DNA of 62,910 nt, the filler included, from a bacterium (GTDB lineage Bacteria > JBBIVP01): assembly GCA_037439705.1 (NCBI GenBank). It is 3 parts of 3 records of this genome, joined end to end, with 100 filler letters (N's around TTAATTAATTAA, not from the genome) between each part and the next. Parts side by side here need not be neighbours in the genome. Positions count along the whole stretch, not along the records: positions 42,315 to 62,910 come from JBBIVP010000015.1; 2 more parts are not named here. The stretch is one strand, 5' to 3'. The translations under genes were made by a program, and so were the position numbers. Below, one piece after another: positions 57,938-62,910 of this stretch (positions within the stretch are counted from its first letter, which is position 1; each line of letters opens with the position of its first letter). Under the pieces are notes generated by a model. It was not told where the DNA came from. It was given only the letters and a program-made list of their open reading frames with translations, and did no database searches.

Positions 57938-60013
57938 TCAATTTTTACTTTTCAAAGCACTTCTATCAATAATTCTCTGGATAGCAGTTTTTGCTTCCTC
58001 TTTATATTCCCTTTTATCTTCAAGGCTTCTTAAAAATTGAATTGATTTAGCGGTACCAATCTCTCCAAGAATTTTTATCGCATATTTTTTTAATTCAGGA
58101 CTTTCTTCCTTTTTAAAAATAAAAACCCTCTTTTTCTTTTCAATAAAATCAATGAGAAGTTCTTCTATTGTCCTTCCATCCGGAAGTTTCAGATTGCCAA
58201 CCGAGGAAAAGTAAGATAAAACACAGTTCTTCACCTTTTCAGTTTCGTTCTCATCCATAAGCATTGAAATGGCTTTCAAAACGATTTCTTTCTTCCTCGT
58301 CTTCAAACTGGCAAGAGCAAGTAAAATTTTTTTTCTTATCCTCTCATCTCCATCACTCATAAGGTTTTCTGCTTCATCAAGAAGAACTTTTTCATTCGCT
58401 TTTAAAAGGTAATCAATCGCCTCCTCCTTTACCCTGTAATGGGGATGATTGAGAAACCTTGCCACAATGTGAAATGATCCCTTATCTTCCATCTCTCTCA
58501 AAAGGAATATAAGATTTCTTATGTAGAACCATTCTCCCTCTCCACTTTCCAGATCCTGAAGAATGTAGCTGATGGCATGCTCCTTATGCCTCAGTATAGC
58601 ATCAATAACCCTCCTTCTCACCGTCCTGTTTTCAGATGTCTTTAAAACTTCAAGGAGGTAATAAATTCCATGGGCTCCGGAAAGTTCAAAAACTTTTATC
58701 CCCCTTTCAACTTCCTTTCCCTGGAGGAGAAGTCCTGCTGTAAGCCCGAGAACATTATCGTCTGAACAGATTTTTAAAAGAAATTCCTCCGCAAGTTTTT
58801 TCTTCCACTCAATGGTCTCGTTTTCCTTTATTGCTTCAAGAACCTCTATTATTTCCATTGCAAGGGATTCCTTATCTTTTTTTATAAGTTCCTCAAAGAG
58901 GCTCGCTAAAATGAAAAGCTTATTTTCGTACTTCTTTTTGTTCACCTCAACGAACAGTTCCCTTGCCAGCTTCCTTGAACTCAAAAATTCAATCATTTCG
59001 TGCTGAAGGCGAACAAAATTTCTCACCTCCTGAGGCAGGTCTTCAATTTTTAAAAATCCCATTCTGTAAATGCCTGCTAAGGTTTCAATATCCTTCTGCT
59101 CATCCCTCTTTGTAAGCCTTTCACACAGAAAATAGAGAGCTATTAAGAGATTGTTCTTTACAGTAAGGTCTTCAACCTCTCCAATTTTTTCTGCAATCCT
59201 CTTTGCAAGTGGAGCAAGGATATCATCCTGACTATTATTAACTATCTCCCTCTCCACCTCCTTTTCGTCAATAAGTTTTACATCAACCTTTATCAGGTCC
59301 GTATGCTCAAGAAACTCTGAAAGGAGGTCAATCCTTCTCAGCGATCGGACAATCTCTTTAAAAACCTGCCTTTTTATTTCTGAAATTTTTTCTTCTGTAA
59401 GGTTCCTGTAAAGGGGAAGGAGTTTCAGGTCTTTTTTTAAACGGGAAAAGGCAATCCTTACCATCCAGGAAAGTTTTCTTTCCCTTCCAATAATGTCCTC
59501 TTCAAATACAGGAAGAACATCTGAAAGCCCTTTCTCAACAAATAGCATTGTAATCCTTCTTGAATCCTCTTCGGTATAGACCTGCTGGGGAGCCTCTGCG
59601 AGTATGTTGAGAAATCTGTCAAATTGATCATAATCTATGGATGGCTTTATTGAAAGGCTTATGAGTCTTTTTCTCATCATAAAATCCCAGAGTTTTGGAA
59701 CATATAGACTTCCCTTTTCCTGCCCCGTAAGGTCCATTAAAGAAACAGAACCATCAAAAATTCCATCTATCAGGACATCCTTCTGCTTCTCCTCTATTTC
59801 CCTTGAGAATGTCAGTGTAAATCTATCCTCCACAATTTTTCCAAGTTTTTCAAACAAACCTTCTTTTGCCTTCCGGGAAGATGGGTGCTCCGGAGTATAA
59901 TAACTTGTCTTTAGCAATGCTTTTATGAACTCGGATAAAAACTCCTCAAGAAGTGCCCATTTCTTCCTTTCCTCTGTGGTCAGGTCTTTGAACTTTTTCC
60001 GTAGTTCTTTCAC
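57938..60013 (-). CDS. HEAT-repeat domain protein
   Basis: N-terminal YTPEHP motif; C-terminal HEAT units (WFYIRNL, HPHYRVKEEAI, LGEIGT). Confidence 0.75.
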   Translation of the reverse strand: MKELRKKFKDLTTEERKKWALLEEFLSEFIKALLKTSYYTPEHPSSRKAKEGLFEKLGKIVEDRFTLTFSREIEEKQKDVLIDGIFDGSVSLMDLTGQEKGSLYVPKLWDFMMRKRLISLSIKPSIDYDQFDRFLNILAEAPQQVYTEEDSRRITMLFVEKGLSDVLPVFEEDIIGRERKLSWMVRIAFSRLKKDLKLLPLYRNLTEEKISEIKRQVFKEIVRSLRRIDLLSEFLEHTDLIKVDVKLIDEKEVEREIVNNSQDDILAPLAKRIAEKIGEVEDLTVKNNLLIALYFLCERLTKRDEQKDIETLAGIYRMGFLKIEDLPQEVRNFVRLQHEMIEFLSSRKLARELFVEVNKKKYENKLFILASLFEELIKKDKESLAMEIIEVLEAIKENETIEWKKKLAEEFLLKICSDDNVLGLTAGLLLQGKEVERGIKVFELSGAHGIYYLLEVLKTSENRTVRRRVIDAILRHKEHAISYILQDLESGEGEWFYIRNLIFLLREMEDKGSFHIVARFLNHPHYRVKEEAIDYLLKANEKVLLDEAENLMSDGDERIRKKILLALASLKTRKKEIVLKAISMLMDENETEKVKNCVLSYFSSVGNLKLPDGRTIEELLIDFIEKKKRVFIFKKEESPELKKYAIKILGEIGTAKSIQFLRSLEDKREYKEEAKTAIQRIIDRSALKSKN

Positions 60014-60043
60014 ATTTTGATTATACCATTAAAATGAGGTAAA

Positions 60044-62494
60044 TTGAAAATACAGGATAAAATGGAAAGAAATTTGGGAAAATGGACAGAATTTGTGGTG
60101 AAAAATCACATAATAATAATTTTGTTTTTTTTGAGCCTTGCCTTTATAAGCTGGTTCGGAATAAAAAACTTTGAATTACAGAGCGATTTCTCCGCAATAC
60201 TTCCTCAGGACTATGAAAGCGTAAAACTCTTAAAAGAAATATCAAAAAGGGTGGGCGGACTCGGAATGTTGAACATAGGAATTGAAACTGATGACCTAAA
60301 TTCTGGAAAAAGATTTGTTGAAGACCTGAACTTTCTTATCAAAAAAATACTTTCGGGAGAGATAAAATTTATTGAAAGCAATGCGAAAGAAGTAAAAAGG
60401 CATTATGAAAAATTTGGACTACTTTATCTTTCAAAAGAGGACCTCATAAGACTTAAAAACGAATTGAGAGACTGGATAAACAGAAAGAAGCTTGAACTCT
60501 CACCATTTTATTTTTCTCTTGAAGAAGAGGAGGAATTTAGGTTTGAAGACCTCAAACAGCGATATACAAAATTTCTATCCAGATTTGAAAACTACATAGA
60601 TGGATATTATACCGGAGAAGGTGGAAGGCTCTTTGCAATTTTCATACAGCCCAGATACACTCCAACCGATATCTCAAACACGAGAAAATTCATAAAAAAG
60701 GTGGAGGACATAATAAATGAACTGAATCCCCGTTCTTACCACGCTTCCATGAAGGCAGGGCTTGCGGGAAATCACAAAATTGCAGTGGAGGAATATGACG
60801 CGGTAAGAAGGGATATTGCGAGCACATTCCTTCTCTGCGTCCTTCTTATCGGAGGAATTATTTTTTTCTTCTTCAGGAGGTTGAGGGTCTTATTTCTTCT
60901 CACAATCACGCTGGTAAGCGGAATTTTCATATCATTCGGCATACTCTCAATTTTTATAAAAAAAATAGTGGTAATGACGGGTTTTCTCGGTTCAATCGTA
61001 ATGGGAACGGGCATAAACTACGGAATAATCCAGCTGGCAAGATATTTTGAAGAAAGACTTGATGGAAAAAAAGTTGTTGAAGCAATTGATATAGCAATTA
61101 ACAAAACATTTCTACAAACCTTAGCAAGCGCTCTTACAACCGCAGGAGGCTTTTTTGTTCTATCCTTCGCCCTGACGAGAAGTTTTAAGGAATTTGGAAT
61201 AATGGGAAGTCTGGGTATAGTCCTGTGCTGGATGCTCACATATTCCTTCCTTCCAGCTCTCCTTTACCTTTTTGAAAAAATAAAACCTTTTGATTTCTCA
61301 ACCTCTGGCTGGAGAAAACCGGTGTTTTTCATTCCCTCAGCAATCGCCGATAGAATTGCCTACTATTACCGACCCTTCCTCCTTTTAATTCCAATAAGCA
61401 TTCTTTCCAGCCTATACTTCATTAAGTTCTTGCCAGATTGCTTAGAGTACAATTTTGAGAACCTGAGAAGCAAGATGAGTCTGCGAAGTGGAACCGCGGT
61501 AATTGATGAAAGAATATCCCGAATTTTAAAAAAATCATCAACCCCCGCTATTATTCCTGTTGAAAGTATGGAGGAAGGAAAGGAAGTATGTGAAGTATTA
61601 AGGGAAGATTCCGAAAAATATAAGGGAAAAATTGGAAAATGTGTGAACATCTATTCCCTCCTTCCTGATGATCAGAAAAGCAAAATTAAAATCGTAGAGG
61701 AAATTTACAATCTCATAAAGGACATTGATGAAAAATGGCTTGACGAAAAAAAAGCGGAAGAACTTAGAAAATTTAAAAAATTGTTTGAGGAAGTAAGACC
61801 TTTCGGAATAAATGAAATTCCTGATATTCTTCGCAGGCAGTTTTCTGATGCGTATGGAAACATAGGAACACTTGTTTATGTTAATCCCCCACCCGGAAAG
61901 AACCTCTGGAATGCAAATAATCTTTTTAACTTTACCGAAAGTCTGAGAGAAATAAATCTTCCGAACGGAAAAATTATAAAGACATCTGGAGAGGCAATTA
62001 TATTTGCAGATATTTTAAAAAGCATAGAGAGGGATGCTCCATTTCTTTCAATTCTCGCCTTCATAGCAATAACCATTTTTGTTTTTCTTATTTTCAGGAG
62101 CATAAAAGATACATTCTACATAATCACATCCCTCGTATGTGCTCTATCATGGATGTTCGGACTTATTGCCCTTTTTGACCTGAAATTTAACTTCCTCAAT
62201 TTCGTGGCCATTCCAACAGCCATGGGAACAGGTGTAGATTATGCAATAAATATCTATCAGAGGGCAAAAATTGATGGAAGAAAAGGAACGGGATATGTCC
62301 TTCACAAAACAGGAAGTGCTGTTCTCCTCTGCTCACTTACCACAATAATAGGATACCTTGTCCTCATAACGGCAGATACACAGATCCTTGCATCATACGG
62401 TGAGCTAGCTATCATAGCGGAACTCACATGCTTATTTTCCGCTCTGTTCCTTTTAAACGCCCTTTTAAGATTACTGAAAAAACTTCCACCATAA
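60044..62494 (+). CDS. MMPL/RND-family transporter
   Basis: Two membrane repeats with GTGINYGI and GTGVDYAI, SALTTAGGF and CSLTTIIGY, and large periplasmic loops. Confidence 0.92.
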   Translation: MKIQDKMERNLGKWTEFVVKNHIIIILFFLSLAFISWFGIKNFELQSDFSAILPQDYESVKLLKEISKRVGGLGMLNIGIETDDLNSGKRFVEDLNFLIKKILSGEIKFIESNAKEVKRHYEKFGLLYLSKEDLIRLKNELRDWINRKKLELSPFYFSLEEEEEFRFEDLKQRYTKFLSRFENYIDGYYTGEGGRLFAIFIQPRYTPTDISNTRKFIKKVEDIINELNPRSYHASMKAGLAGNHKIAVEEYDAVRRDIASTFLLCVLLIGGIIFFFFRRLRVLFLLTITLVSGIFISFGILSIFIKKIVVMTGFLGSIVMGTGINYGIIQLARYFEERLDGKKVVEAIDIAINKTFLQTLASALTTAGGFFVLSFALTRSFKEFGIMGSLGIVLCWMLTYSFLPALLYLFEKIKPFDFSTSGWRKPVFFIPSAIADRIAYYYRPFLLLIPISILSSLYFIKFLPDCLEYNFENLRSKMSLRSGTAVIDERISRILKKSSTPAIIPVESMEEGKEVCEVLREDSEKYKGKIGKCVNIYSLLPDDQKSKIKIVEEIYNLIKDIDEKWLDEKKAEELRKFKKLFEEVRPFGINEIPDILRRQFSDAYGNIGTLVYVNPPPGKNLWNANNLFNFTESLREINLPNGKIIKTSGEAIIFADILKSIERDAPFLSILAFIAITIFVFLIFRSIKDTFYIITSLVCALSWMFGLIALFDLKFNFLNFVAIPTAMGTGVDYAINIYQRAKIDGRKGTGYVLHKTGSAVLLCSLTTIIGYLVLITADTQILASYGELAIIAELTCLFSALFLLNALLRLLKKLPP

Positions 62495-62578
62495 ATGCTT
62501 TACCTGGATATCCTCAGAGAAACTGAGAAAAAAGGAGTGAAGTACCTGGTGGTAGGAGGAGTGGCTGTAAATTTTTAA
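62495..62578 (+). pseudogene. N-terminal remnant of a nucleotidyltransferase (AbiEii/DUF6036-like)
   Basis: MLYLDILRETEKKGVKYLVVGGVAVNF*, matching the YxxxGGxA motif, ends after 27 aa. Confidence 0.55.
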
Positions 62579-62731
62579 TGAAGTTTCCTGAACCAAAAGT
62601 ATGCGTGGATTAAAGAATCAATTTTACAGACCTCTATCAGGATGAATGGCTGACTGGAGGAAGGATTAAAATTTATACAGGAAATAAAAGTCAGTAAAAG
62701 ACTGTGTAAAAAATCGTAAATACCATCTGGA

Positions 62732-62910
62732 TTAAGGTTTATTTTTTAATTTTTTTAAAGTTATAAAGAGCACACCAAGGATAAACCCTAAGAAAAACAC
62801 AATGGAGAAATGAAATCCAAGAGGTAAAGAGTAGGATTCTACTCCCCAGAATTTCAGGTCAAATTCAAACTTCACGGGCTGGGAAAGTGTGCGGAAGTTT
62901 TCCAGAATAA
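62732..62910 (-). CDS. 3' part of a small LapA (DUF1049)-like membrane protein running off the window
   Basis: Open frame ...ILENFRTLSQPVKFEFDLKFWGVESYSLPLGFHFSIVFFLGFILGVLF...KNKP*. Confidence 0.55.
   Translation of the reverse strand, partial: ILENFRTLSQPVKFEFDLKFWGVESYSLPLGFHFSIVFFLGFILGVLFITLKKLKNKP

Overview
About 63 kb of AT-rich bacterial sequence from a diderm, probably anaerobic organism with a deltaproteobacterium-like gene set (inferred from gene content). It is a draft assembly of three contigs joined by artificial N/TTAATTAATTAA/N linkers (21445-21543 and 42215-42314), with two small internal N gaps. Contig 1 carries a NUDIX hydrolase, hypCDE-tonB, a DUF438/hemerythrin/PAS protein, a two-gene operon (ARPP-1/DUF6569 protein plus a Ser/Thr kinase-UvrD helicase fusion), a LapA-LapB fusion, an acyl-CoA dehydrogenase, rubrerythrin, smc coupled to an archaeal-type AMP/NMP phosphorylase, and a decayed restriction-modification (RM) region ending in a GxxExxY nuclease. 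Contig 2 carries coiled-coil proteins, a divergent Lgt, YfhO-TPR, thi4-DUF6775-thiC, a second decayed methyltransferase cassette, rpsF-rpsR-rplI-dnaB-purC-exbB through ispF-trpG-trpD-cdsA, and a DUF35 gene with two Cys-less thiolase-fold (Ltp4/Ltp3-like) genes. Contig 3 carries alaS, bioD, a REC-PilZ regulator, aroC, pilMNOPQ, hemL, a GMC oxidoreductase, lptE-holA, ftsB, exbD, a HEAT-repeat protein and an MMPL transporter. I saw no rRNA, tRNA, CRISPR array, integrase or transposase. The best candidate for an undescribed system is the ARPP-1 + kinase-UvrD operon at 5039-8550. All family assignments come from reading motifs by eye; no database search was run.
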